Position numbers and translations under genes: made by a program
DNA from: a virus
Taxonomy: Duplodnaviria > Caudoviricetes
Length of the DNA: 64,000 bases
Virus record (IMG/VR): IMGVR_UViG_3300028025_003274
Span: 4,169-68,168 of that record
Reading direction: 5' to 3' (one strand)
Shown: in pieces, positions 40,527 through 49,399 of the stretch
Numbering within the stretch: the first letter of the stretch is position 1
How the letters are laid out: each line of letters opens with the position of its first letter
Notes under the pieces: model-generated
What the model was told of the DNA's origin: nothing
The model's input: only the letters and a program-made list of their open reading frames with translations
Databases searched by the model: none

Positions 40527-41155
40527 AACAAATAACGCTTGCTACTTTATTAGTAATTTTAAGTATTACCGCATTTACACAGCACACAGTATTGCTAAAG
40601 CATAAACAATACGAAACCAATTTTGATACGTCTTTAAAGTATCCTAAAAAAGTTTATTGGGTAGTAACTAAGAAATCATTAACTTGCGTTACCAAGTATC
40701 CAAGATCTAATAGATTTGTATCTGACCCTTTACTGCCTAAACAGACTGATCTAGATAAAGATTATGTGAGGTCTGGGTATGATAGAGGCCATAATTTTAC
40801 AGCGGCTGATGCTGCTTGTGATTCCACATCTATGAGAGAATCTTTTTTCTTTTCTAATATGACACCCCAACACCCTACAGTAAATAGGGGAGACTGGAAA
40901 CAACTAGAAGAGTTTACAAGAGAACTATCTCTAAAGCATGACTCAGTAAAAGTATGGTCAGGATCTTGGGGAGTTCAAAGTAAGATAGGAAGAGTTACAG
41001 TACCAACCGATTGTTGGAAAGTTATTTATATAGTTAGTAGTAAAGAGTGGATGGCATTTCATTTCTTTAATACAAGGTCTGGTACTTTAGGATTAAAAGC
41101 CCACGAGGTATCTTTAGACTTCATAGAAAAGCAAACAGGTTATAAATTTAAATAA
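40523..41155 (+). CDS. DNA/RNA non-specific endonuclease (NucA/EndoG family) with signal peptide
   Basis: SGYDRGH, SNMTPQ..NRG.W..LE, VP..CWKV; N-terminal signal peptide. Confidence 0.9.
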   Translation: MKQITLATLLVILSITAFTQHTVLLKHKQYETNFDTSLKYPKKVYWVVTKKSLTCVTKYPRSNRFVSDPLLPKQTDLDKDYVRSGYDRGHNFTAADAACDSTSMRESFFFSNMTPQHPTVNRGDWKQLEEFTRELSLKHDSVKVWSGSWGVQSKIGRVTVPTDCWKVIYIVSSKEWMAFHFFNTRSGTLGLKAHEVSLDFIEKQTGYKFK

Positions 41156-41162
41156 TGTTATT

Positions 41163-42014
41163 ATGATTTTTGATTGTTTTACTTTCTTCAATGAACTCGA
41201 TCTACTTGAGTTTAGGCTAAGGTTATTGTCAAATGTAGTAGATAAATTTGTTATATGTGAATCCAACTACACACATAGTGGTAAACTAAAGCCATATTAT
41301 TTTGAAGAGAACAAAAGTAGGTATGCTAAATGGATAGATAAAATAATATACCTACCTATAGAACAATCTGTAGAAGGTTTAAATTTTGATAAAGTAACTA
41401 CATACACTCCTACAAATGGTTCTTGGATATTAGAAAACGAACAAAGGATGGCACTGCTACATGCTGGGGAGATTATGAAGGATGATGACTTTATATTAGT
41501 AGGAGACCTAGATGAAATACCTAACCCAGAAGCTATACTAGCATTAGAACAAAGCGGTATAATAGTAAACGGTATAAACAATGCAGTTTCTTTTCCAATG
41601 ATATTCCATTACTATTATATGAATTGTCAGATGGAAGGGTATGATAGAATTTGGAATGGAACTGTTGCATGTTTTGCAGACTACTTTAAACAGGTTGGAC
41701 CTCAATATTTTAGAGATCATAGGAACCACTTTACCCGAATACCAGTAAATGCAGGATACCATTTCTCATATCTGGGAGGGCCTGATAAAGTTAAAACAAA
41801 GATTGAATCATTTGCACACACTGAATTTAATAGGCCGGATATAACATCTGACGTTAATATATCTAATGCTGTTAACAATGGACAGGATATATTCAAAAGA
41901 CCTGGAATATCTTATAAGGTAGTGCCCATTGAAAGCTATCCAGAATCTATAAGATCCCTAATGCTTGAGTATCCACAATTCATTAAAAATGAAGTTACAG
42001 TCCCTAACTCCTAA
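41163..42014 (+). CDS. GT17-like (MGAT3-type) glycosyltransferase
   Basis: FDCFTFFNELDLLEFRL, ENEQR, GDLDEIP, GYHFSY, KIESFAH. Confidence 0.85.
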   Translation: MIFDCFTFFNELDLLEFRLRLLSNVVDKFVICESNYTHSGKLKPYYFEENKSRYAKWIDKIIYLPIEQSVEGLNFDKVTTYTPTNGSWILENEQRMALLHAGEIMKDDDFILVGDLDEIPNPEAILALEQSGIIVNGINNAVSFPMIFHYYYMNCQMEGYDRIWNGTVACFADYFKQVGPQYFRDHRNHFTRIPVNAGYHFSYLGGPDKVKTKIESFAHTEFNRPDITSDVNISNAVNNGQDIFKRPGISYKVVPIESYPESIRSLMLEYPQFIKNEVTVPNS

Positions 42015-42819
42015 GTCTTGCTACGCAACCATAGCTACTATTACTAAAGATAGTATGGATAAGCTGAATTTATTTATGCAGTATAATGCTGACTTGATAA
42101 AACAGTTCCCACACGTCATTATCTCCACAAATAGCTTGGATGACACTTCAATACACACAATCAACCTATATCATAATACATGGCGTAAATTGGTCCCTAA
42201 TTGCATTATACTGAACTCTACTGTAAATAGAGGACATATGTTCGGTACTATAGACCTGGAAGAGGCTATATTAAAGTATATCAAGAGAGAACTGCCTGAA
42301 GTTCAATATTTATGGAAGTCGATGGATGATGTTATAACTACTACCGATCTATTAAATTTAGAAGTAGAAGAGGCTGAGTTTTACTATATTCCGGGATTTA
42401 GCTATGAATCAATACAAAAAGCAGGTGGAAGAGAGAATCTACGTAAAGTTTATGAAGTGTTTGACTCAGGTTTTTACACTCCTCAAACTACTTTTTTTAT
42501 TCTTAATGTCACTAATATTGATAGTATTTACGGGAACGATGTCGATACTAAGATTAATATTTATCAGGAAGTTAAGGCACGGAACCCGTCTATAAAGCCT
42601 TGGGAAGTTCCTTTTGATATTAAATTTGATTGTGAGACTCACTTGGGTAGGACTACCAAAGATCTAAGAAAATATTGTTTAATCGAAGACCAATTCGAGG
42701 AACTTCTCGAAATGGTGTACTATCACAGAATGGGAGACCCATCCCACAAGAATATATATTTCTACAAACCAGGAGTTTGTCATTACCATTTTTATAAAGA
42801 TTTGATATATAACGTATAA
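41989..42819 (+). CDS. Hypothetical protein, possibly GT-A fold
   Basis: NRGH..G..D, KSMDD; end of glycan island; ATG 41989 preferred over 41965. Confidence 0.55.
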   Translation: MKLQSLTPKSCYATIATITKDSMDKLNLFMQYNADLIKQFPHVIISTNSLDDTSIHTINLYHNTWRKLVPNCIILNSTVNRGHMFGTIDLEEAILKYIKRELPEVQYLWKSMDDVITTTDLLNLEVEEAEFYYIPGFSYESIQKAGGRENLRKVYEVFDSGFYTPQTTFFILNVTNIDSIYGNDVDTKINIYQEVKARNPSIKPWEVPFDIKFDCETHLGRTTKDLRKYCLIEDQFEELLEMVYYHRMGDPSHKNIYFYKPGVCHYHFYKDLIYNV

Positions 42820-42849
42820 TAACTATCTTTGCTATAGATATTTATATGC

Positions 42850-43641
42850 GTGAGAAACTTAATTAATTTACTACTAGAAGCCCCCATGGACGATGCTACA
42901 GCACAGAAGATGCTATCTTCTGGTAAGCAAGTGTCTATATACTATCAAGGGGATAACGATTCCAAAAAAGGCTGGAGAAAGATAGAACCTGTTCGCATAG
43001 AAGGCGAAGGGGATGATAAGGCCATGGTAGCCTATGAGATAGAAGGGTTAGGTAAGAAGCCAGTCCTCAAAAAGTATGTACAGAAGAAGATTACCAACTG
43101 GAACGTACTGAGTACAACCCCTGCTACTATAGCTGCTAAGGAGAAAGAGAAAGAAAAGAAGGCACCAAAAAAGCCTGGAGCTAAGCCTCCCACCCCACAA
43201 AAAAGAAGTTTAGGTACTCAAGGAGATGACTTCTGTGATGCAATAACTAACAAAAGGATAGTTAAGATGTATTATAAAGGAGACGAAGAAGAAGCTCCTG
43301 GATGGCGTACAGATGTGCAGGCCGTGTGTTATGGATCTCGTAAAGGAGTTAAGTATGTCAGGGCTTGGGTAGGCGCAGGTAAATCAGTAAGTGCAGACAA
43401 AAGTCCAGAAAAGAAAGCATTACCAGGGTGGAGGTTTTTCCGTCAAGACAGAATACAGAAGTGGGAAGTAGATGCTACTAAAACATTTAAAGCACCTCCT
43501 AAGGCAGACTTTAATCCTAAAGGAGATAAACTTATGGATACCGTATTCTGTATATCAGACTTTGCACCAGACGCACCACCAACAGGATTGCAAGAAGCTA
43601 CTATGCTATCAGCAATAAAGGAGGCTATCAATATTTTTTAA
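42850..43641 (+). CDS. Tandem WYL-like domain protein
   Basis: Two repeats YY.GD....GWR...; second has VRAW...PGWRFFRQDRI; late box 42838. Confidence 0.7.
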   Translation: MRNLINLLLEAPMDDATAQKMLSSGKQVSIYYQGDNDSKKGWRKIEPVRIEGEGDDKAMVAYEIEGLGKKPVLKKYVQKKITNWNVLSTTPATIAAKEKEKEKKAPKKPGAKPPTPQKRSLGTQGDDFCDAITNKRIVKMYYKGDEEEAPGWRTDVQAVCYGSRKGVKYVRAWVGAGKSVSADKSPEKKALPGWRFFRQDRIQKWEVDATKTFKAPPKADFNPKGDKLMDTVFCISDFAPDAPPTGLQEATMLSAIKEAINIF

Positions 43642-43644
43642 ACT

Positions 43645-44007
43645 ATGAATATGAACCAGAAAAGAAATAAGGAGCTTAAGAAAAAGAGAACGGTGCCTTT
43701 TCTGAATTATACCGTTAGAGACTTCTCTGACTATAGTGAGATATCTTCTATGCCGGAGACTCAAAAAATAGTATTTGATAATCTTATAGATGCGATAAAC
43801 TTTAGTATACAAAAGAAAAAAGAGTATGCTGAAATTTTTAAAGTAAGTGAAGATAACTCCGTATCTTTAAGTAAAGATAATTGGGTTCCTGCTGTAGAGA
43901 AAGCAATAGAGTTCTACGCAGAACTTGAGGATTATGAGAAGTGTAAACAGTGTAAAGATATAATACAAACAGTAAGTTATGAGAAAGGAATTCGATCCAC
44001 AGAATAG
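43645..44007 (+). CDS. Protein with C-terminal UVR-like motif
   Basis: EKAIEFYAELEDYEKCKQCKD. Confidence 0.6.
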   Translation: MNMNQKRNKELKKKRTVPFLNYTVRDFSDYSEISSMPETQKIVFDNLIDAINFSIQKKKEYAEIFKVSEDNSVSLSKDNWVPAVEKAIEFYAELEDYEKCKQCKDIIQTVSYEKGIRSTE

Positions 44008-44392
44008 CCACGATCAGAATGTTAAAGTAGCTATAGATAAAATAATAGGGCAAGAGACTTCATTTAGAAAAGTAAAGAAGACTCAAGACGATCATAAAAG
44101 AATACTGTTCAATAGAATAATAGAGTCCATTATAGTAGCTGAAGAAAGATCTGTAATGTTAGATGAGGCTCACAGCATGGACATGTCTAAGTATAATCAA
44201 GTATTCTTTGATGTAATCACAGATTTCCTATCGTTTAGTTTTAACAAACAGCAAGTAAACCTAATAAACTTTTTCTTGTATGACAGGTATTGTACAGATG
44301 GTTCTGTACTGGATCTGATAGACGATGATGGCAATACGGTGCCATTAAACACAGCAAGCGATCTGTGGTATCTAGTAAGTAAAAACGCGTAG
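43979..44392 (+). CDS. Hypothetical protein
   Basis: 137 aa ORF in operon. Confidence 0.65.
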   Translation: MRKEFDPQNSHDQNVKVAIDKIIGQETSFRKVKKTQDDHKRILFNRIIESIIVAEERSVMLDEAHSMDMSKYNQVFFDVITDFLSFSFNKQQVNLINFFLYDRYCTDGSVLDLIDDDGNTVPLNTASDLWYLVSKNA

Positions 44393-44394
44393 TT

Positions 44395-45093
44395 ATGGAA
44401 ATCAAATCATTTAAAAAGCAGAAGTCCAACAGAGGACAAGACTTAAATATAGAAAGGCAAGCTATTGAAAGGGCCATGCGTGATACCATGTCTAATAAAG
44501 CCGCTGCTAAATCCATAGGAGTATCATTCAAGACTTACAAGAAGTATGCCCAGATGTATCGTAATGCAGAGGGTATAACCCTGTACGATCTACATAAGAA
44601 CCAAGCTGCTAAAGGTATCCCCAAGTTCGGTAAGAGAAGACATGATAAAGCTTCCATCATAGATATAATGGAGGGGAAAGTATCTAAAAGCTTCGTATCA
44701 ATTAAGATATTAAAGCATCAGATTATACAGCACGGTATATTAAAAGAAGAATGTTGTAGGTGTGGATTCAAAGAGCAGAGAGTGTTAGATTACAAAACAC
44801 CTTTGATAATGAACTTCAGAGATGGGGATAAGAAGAACTGGGCTCTAGATAACGTAGAATTCTTATGTTATAACTGTTTTTTTCTTTGTGTAGGAGAAGT
44901 ATTTACAAACAAACAACTCTCTGTAATAGAGGACTATACAGATTTAAGATCTGTCAATATAGATCTAGACCTGCCGGTAAAACATGAACAGGCTATAAAG
45001 GAATCCATTAACCTAGAAAATAAGAATATTTATAGTAGTGATGAGAGGCCGGAGGACTATGGAAGTGATTTGATATCTACATACAGGAAGTGA
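44395..45093 (+). CDS. HTH plus degenerate HNH/zinc-finger protein
   Basis: SNKAAAKSIGVSFKTYKKY (HTH); CCRCG...DGDKKN...N.EFLCYNC. Confidence 0.65.
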   Translation: MEIKSFKKQKSNRGQDLNIERQAIERAMRDTMSNKAAAKSIGVSFKTYKKYAQMYRNAEGITLYDLHKNQAAKGIPKFGKRRHDKASIIDIMEGKVSKSFVSIKILKHQIIQHGILKEECCRCGFKEQRVLDYKTPLIMNFRDGDKKNWALDNVEFLCYNCFFLCVGEVFTNKQLSVIEDYTDLRSVNIDLDLPVKHEQAIKESINLENKNIYSSDERPEDYGSDLISTYRK

Positions 45094-45458
45094 TGACTAG
45101 AAAAGATTATGTTGACAAGACAGCTGATGATCTTATAAAGAAGAAAGATGCATCAGAAAAGTTGTTAGCATTTGCCAATAGAGCCTCAGGACTTACTGCA
45201 TTTCTGGTGAACAAATCTAAAGACGATGTACTACTAAAGGAGGTTAATAATAAACTACCTGCCTTAAAAGAAAAGTTAGTAGAGCATAAAGCGTTTTTTG
45301 AAAGGAAAGAATTTAAAAGCGACCACATTAGAAACTTAAACAATGAGATCACCAAGTGTGAAAAGTTTATCGAAGGGTTGGGAGAAAAAACTACTCTTGA
45401 AGATCTCAAGCTTATTATGGACTGGTACTATAAAACCTCGGAGAAGTATGGATTTTGA
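45090..45458 (+). CDS. Hypothetical protein
   Basis: 122 aa ORF in operon. Confidence 0.6.
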   Translation: MMTRKDYVDKTADDLIKKKDASEKLLAFANRASGLTAFLVNKSKDDVLLKEVNNKLPALKEKLVEHKAFFERKEFKSDHIRNLNNEITKCEKFIEGLGEKTTLEDLKLIMDWYYKTSEKYGF

Positions 45459-45786
45459 TAAGGAAAACTTGTACATTATAGAGGTCTTAGATAAGGAGAA
45501 GACGATTAAAGATGTTCTATCAGAACATGAAAGAGATCTTTCTATGGCTATAGTTGAAAAGATATGCTATGCAATGGATAATGATATAAAGAAAATTAAC
45601 ATAGCTAGAATATACACAGACTCAATAGCAATAACCTTACACACATCATTCCCAAACTTCCAGGAGACATTAGAAACAAACATACAGAATCTAATAAAGC
45701 ACGAGGAGTATGAGATGTGCGCCATAGGTAAAAAGCATTTAGATATTCTAAAAGAAAAACCTAATAGAAAATATTTGAATATATAA
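45448..45786 (+). CDS. Protein with C-terminal UVR-like motif
   Basis: IKHEEYEMCAIGKK; in-frame ATG 45448 (MDFDKE) preferred over 45343. Confidence 0.6.
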   Translation: MDFDKENLYIIEVLDKEKTIKDVLSEHERDLSMAIVEKICYAMDNDIKKINIARIYTDSIAITLHTSFPNFQETLETNIQNLIKHEEYEMCAIGKKHLDILKEKPNRKYLNI

Positions 45787-45805
45787 AAATATATATTTAT
45801 ATTTG
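45774..45805 (+). promoter_or_regulatory. Bacteroidota-type promoter for tmRNA, overlapping a late box
   Basis: TTTG (45774) - 20 nt - TATATTTG (45798); ATATTTAT at 45793. Confidence 0.65.
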
Positions 45806-45815
45806 TAAAACATAT

Positions 45816-46224
45816 GGGCCTAACCGGTATCGATTCGTAATCGGAGGGTAGTACCACACGCAGAGACACCGTACTAGTTCTCTTTAAATCTGTACGAAAC
45901 AATAAATGACGAGATGTCAACTATGACCTTCGATGACCTTATGGCCTTCGTTGGTGCCGATGAAGCAACATTTGCTTAATCCGCCGAGGTGTCTACAACC
46001 TCGCTTCAAACAAAGTGGAACACAGAGTTTCCCCGATCGACTCATTAAATAAGGACTGGGGTGGTGGTTAGCTGTCTCCGGACATCCCCTTACTGATCAG
46101 CTTGCAGATCAAAACTACGGTGCAGATGACGGGGGATCTCCCTCTTGATTGTCAGTACTAAGCGTGTGAGATGCTGGTGCTATTGTTCATTGCGAAGACG
46201 TGGGTTCGAATCCCACTAGGTCCA
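45816..46224 (+). ncRNA. ssrA: tmRNA
   Basis: Acceptor GGGCCTA/TAGGTCC-A with G3:U, T-arm GTGGG-TTCGAAT-CCCAC, internal tag ORF after ATAAAT at 45908-45979; CCA not encoded. Confidence 0.92.
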
Positions 46225-46257
46225 CTCAAAGGTTTAGGTTAGGATTATGGTTAAAAC

Positions 46258-46290
46258 GAAGGGGGGTGTCTACCCCCTTTCTCTTTTTTC
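46258..46290 (+). terminator. Rho-independent terminator after tmRNA
   Basis: GAAGGGGG / CCCCCTTT stem followed by T-rich tract. Confidence 0.75.
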
Positions 46291-46308
46291 CTATATTTAT
46301 ATAGGAAT

Positions 46309-46470
46309 ATGTGTCCTATATGTATAACAACTATGGTTCTTAATGGTCTATTCTGGTTAGCAGGATCACTAGGATTATTAAAGGCAGTTAGTTATGTAAA
46401 AAAAAGATACTATCTCTGGAGTAGTAAAAAATGCAAAAAGTGCAGAGATAGAGAATGTTCTTCTGAATAA
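46309..46470 (+). CDS. 53 aa membrane protein with CxxC at both ends (not in ORF track)
   Basis: MCPICITTMVLNGLFWLAGSLGLLKAVSYVKKRYYLWSSKKCKKCRDRECSSE; late box at 46293. Confidence 0.6.
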   Translation: MCPICITTMVLNGLFWLAGSLGLLKAVSYVKKRYYLWSSKKCKKCRDRECSSE

Positions 46471-46521
46471 ATTAGTGTTTTGTAATAATAGGTTTCGGTT
46501 TATTAAAACCTTATTATTATT

Positions 46522-46779
46522 ATGAAAAAATTTCTCTCTCAATTGTTTAATGACAAGAATACTATTAACGAAAAAAGTTTTATTGGATTTTGTGCGTTCC
46601 TAATGATGGTAGTGTTTGCTATTGCAGATATTATAACAGGGTCTTTAGGCAAAGAGCTTATTATTCAAGACTTTATATTTAATTCTTTCTTATGGATGAC
46701 TTTAGGATGTTTTGGTATAGCATCCGTAGATAAGTTTATAAATAAGAAAAACGAAACCAATAACGAAGAACAATTATAA
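46522..46779 (+). CDS. Two-TM membrane protein, holin-like
   Basis: 85 aa, two hydrophobic helices, charged C-tail. Confidence 0.6.
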   Translation: MKKFLSQLFNDKNTINEKSFIGFCAFLMMVVFAIADIITGSLGKELIIQDFIFNSFLWMTLGCFGIASVDKFINKKNETNNEEQL

Positions 46780-46790
46780 AAAACAAATAA

Positions 46791-47048
46791 ATGAAAAAAG
46801 TACCAGTAAACAAATTGATCTCCCTGATTAACGCAGTAAAAGGAAAAAAGCCAGTGGTAATCATAGCTTCTGTAGTCGCCATTGCTGCAGCTATATTTGC
46901 AATAAGTAAAGGCTATATATCAGAAGATATGTTAAATGTAGACGCTGTAGTTAGTTTTATAGAGGACGCTGTTAGTAAAGAAGCCGAAGTAAATGTTATT
47001 GATACTGTGGCTACACAAGTTGTAGTTGATAGTGTAATAACTCAATAA
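46791..47048 (+). CDS. Single-TM membrane protein
   Basis: Basic N-terminus, one hydrophobic helix, acidic C-terminus. Confidence 0.55.
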   Translation: MKKVPVNKLISLINAVKGKKPVVIIASVVAIAAAIFAISKGYISEDMLNVDAVVSFIEDAVSKEAEVNVIDTVATQVVVDSVITQ

Positions 47049-48161
47049 ATGAAGAATCTATCTAAAGAAGAACTACTTAGTAGGCTTGAAGCGATTAATC
47101 GTAGCAATGCTATCATCTATTTTGATCTAAATGGAAAAATTTTAGGCGTTAATGCTATTTTTCTACAAGCAATGGGATATGGTGTAGATGAACATGAGGA
47201 GCTTATTGGTAAGCACCATAGTATTTTTGTATGTGAAGATTATGCAAGGTCATTGGAGTATGAAAAGTTTTGGGATATATTAAGGAGTGGTAAATACTAT
47301 CAAGGAGAATTCGAAAGAAGGAAAAGAGATGGTAGTCTTATCAACTTACAAGCAACATACAATCCTATTTACGATGAGAGTGGTACTATTACTAAAGTAA
47401 TGAAAGTTGCTACTGACATTACTACGATTGTTAATAGTAAAAAACAGATAGATGCTATTAATAAGAGTACTGCAACTATTAGTTTTGATATGGATGGTTT
47501 TATTTTAGATGCCAATGCTGTGTTTTTAGAAACAATGGGTTATAAGGCTAATGAAAAAAACCAAGTAATAGGAAAGCATCATAGTATTTTTGTAACTTAT
47601 GAGTATTCAAAATCAGATGAGTATAGTAAGTTTTGGAAATCCTTAAAAAGTGGTAAGTTTTTTGATGGGATATTTGAAAGAAAAAGAGTAGATGGCTCTA
47701 CTATCTATTTACAAGCCACATATAATCCAGTCTTTGACAGCAAAGGAAACGTTACAAATGTAATTAAAATTGCTACTGACGTTACTGAAGCTGTCAATAG
47801 TAAAAACAAGATAGACACTCTCTCAAAAGATTTACAGATTGAGTTAGATAACTCCAAAAAACTTAAAGACGCAATTGAAGTAGAGAAGAACGCTGCGTTA
47901 AATGATTTGGATATAGTGATGAAGAAAAGCCAATCTGAGCTAATCAAGACGATTGTAAAAGTAGCATTAGGGGTAATTGTTGGTGTTGGATTAGTAACAA
48001 CTGTACTATATTGGATGGCAATTGTTACACAGAAGGATACCCAAATAATTGGATCAACTTGGTCAAACATGTTCAGCGTATTACTGACCAATGCATTTTC
48101 AATAGTTGGAACAATTATGGGTATAAAATATGCTACTCAAGATGATAAAAATAAAAAATAA
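47049..48161 (+). CDS. Tandem PAS-domain protein with coiled coil and two C-terminal TM helices
   Basis: Two repeats of AI..S.A.I.FD..G.IL..N..FL..MGY...IGKHHSIFV...FW..L.SG...G.FER....G..I.LQATYNP..D..G....V.K.ATD; no MCP or kinase output domain. Confidence 0.88.
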   Translation: MKNLSKEELLSRLEAINRSNAIIYFDLNGKILGVNAIFLQAMGYGVDEHEELIGKHHSIFVCEDYARSLEYEKFWDILRSGKYYQGEFERRKRDGSLINLQATYNPIYDESGTITKVMKVATDITTIVNSKKQIDAINKSTATISFDMDGFILDANAVFLETMGYKANEKNQVIGKHHSIFVTYEYSKSDEYSKFWKSLKSGKFFDGIFERKRVDGSTIYLQATYNPVFDSKGNVTNVIKIATDVTEAVNSKNKIDTLSKDLQIELDNSKKLKDAIEVEKNAALNDLDIVMKKSQSELIKTIVKVALGVIVGVGLVTTVLYWMAIVTQKDTQIIGSTWSNMFSVLLTNAFSIVGTIMGIKYATQDDKNKK

Positions 48162-48207
48162 ATTGGTTTATATTTATTATATATATAACTTTGGTAAAAA
48201 TAACAGT

Positions 48208-48379
48208 TATGAACAATACAAACATTACTCCAGAACAGCAACTGATCATAGAAAAAGTTGAATATCAACTATCTAATATAAAAGATCAGGATCTTCTTTA
48301 CTCTTCCATCAGAGAACTTCTTTGTAAAATACCCAATAACTACGATCTAGGGGTAGCAATCAGACGATTATTTAGTTAA
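48208..48379 (+). CDS. Small hypothetical protein
   Basis: PNNYDLG motif; TAACTTTG promoter element at 48186; start near 48209 (MNNT). Confidence 0.5.
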
Positions 48380-48394
48380 AAACATATTAACAGT

Positions 48395-48685
48395 ATGGAA
48401 AAGTTTTCAAAACAGTGGTGCGAGATATGGGACCCCTCTAGGCCTTATGACTTTGATATTGAGGCAATTGTAAAAGATATGCATAACGATAGGTACTATC
48501 CTATATTTTGTGAAGGGTTTGGTTTTAATTGTATTCATAAAGATGGTTATGATAACATATGGTTATCTTTTGGGTATGATAAAAATGGCAATAGTGCTGT
48601 CTGGAGAAGATATAAATCTTTAATAATAGAACAAGAGAAAAAAGCAACCAAGAATGAAAGTAGCAGTATTCAGCGACACTCATAA
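48395..48685 (+). CDS. Hypothetical protein
   Basis: FSKQWCE...DFDI...CEGFGF. Confidence 0.6.
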   Translation: MEKFSKQWCEIWDPSRPYDFDIEAIVKDMHNDRYYPIFCEGFGFNCIHKDGYDNIWLSFGYDKNGNSAVWRRYKSLIIEQEKKATKNESSSIQRHS

Positions 48686-49391
48686 TAAACATAAACAGGT
48701 AATACTCCCGGAGTGTGACATTGCTATATTTGGTGGAGATTTATCCTCTGTGGGACACAGGCACGAAGTAGAAAGCTTTCTTAATTGGTATGGTAAGCAA
48801 CACCAGTGTAAGCACAAGGTATTTATTGCTGGCAACCATGATAAATCATTTGATAAGAAATTCTTCCATAGCTTTGAAGATCATGACTTATTCAAACAAA
48901 ATGAACATCTAGGTAAGCCTGGGTGGTTAGTAGACATGCTGGATAGAGCCAAGGCTGTATTACATATACACTATCTTGAGAATAGTTCTGTCATAATAGA
49001 AGGTATAAAGATATGGGGTAGTCCTATTACTCCAAGCTTTTATAAGCAGTACTGGGCCTTCAATGCCGATAGGAACGAAGATATCCAATCTTATTGGAAT
49101 ACTATACCCAAAGATGCTAACATCGTTGTAACTCACGGACCAGTGCATGGCAAGCTAGATTTTATACCAGAGAGTAGCGAGTATGTAGGATGTATAGATC
49201 TTAAAGCTAAGATAGAGGAAATAAGCCCTATGATGTTTGTTTGCGGTCATATACATTCAGGAAGAGGTATATTTAGGACAGATAAAACATTTTATGTCAA
49301 CGCTTCTATAATGGATAATACCTATAACAAACAAGGAGATCCCATGGTTTTTAATGTAGATGTGGATAACATGTCTATGGATTTTAGATAA
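48654..49391 (+). CDS. Calcineurin-like metallophosphoesterase (MPPED/239FB-like)
   Basis: SDTH, GD, AGNHD, THGP, CGHIH. Confidence 0.9.
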   Translation: MKVAVFSDTHNKHKQVILPECDIAIFGGDLSSVGHRHEVESFLNWYGKQHQCKHKVFIAGNHDKSFDKKFFHSFEDHDLFKQNEHLGKPGWLVDMLDRAKAVLHIHYLENSSVIIEGIKIWGSPITPSFYKQYWAFNADRNEDIQSYWNTIPKDANIVVTHGPVHGKLDFIPESSEYVGCIDLKAKIEEISPMMFVCGHIHSGRGIFRTDKTFYVNASIMDNTYNKQGDPMVFNVDVDNMSMDFR

Positions 49392-49399
49392 AATATCTG

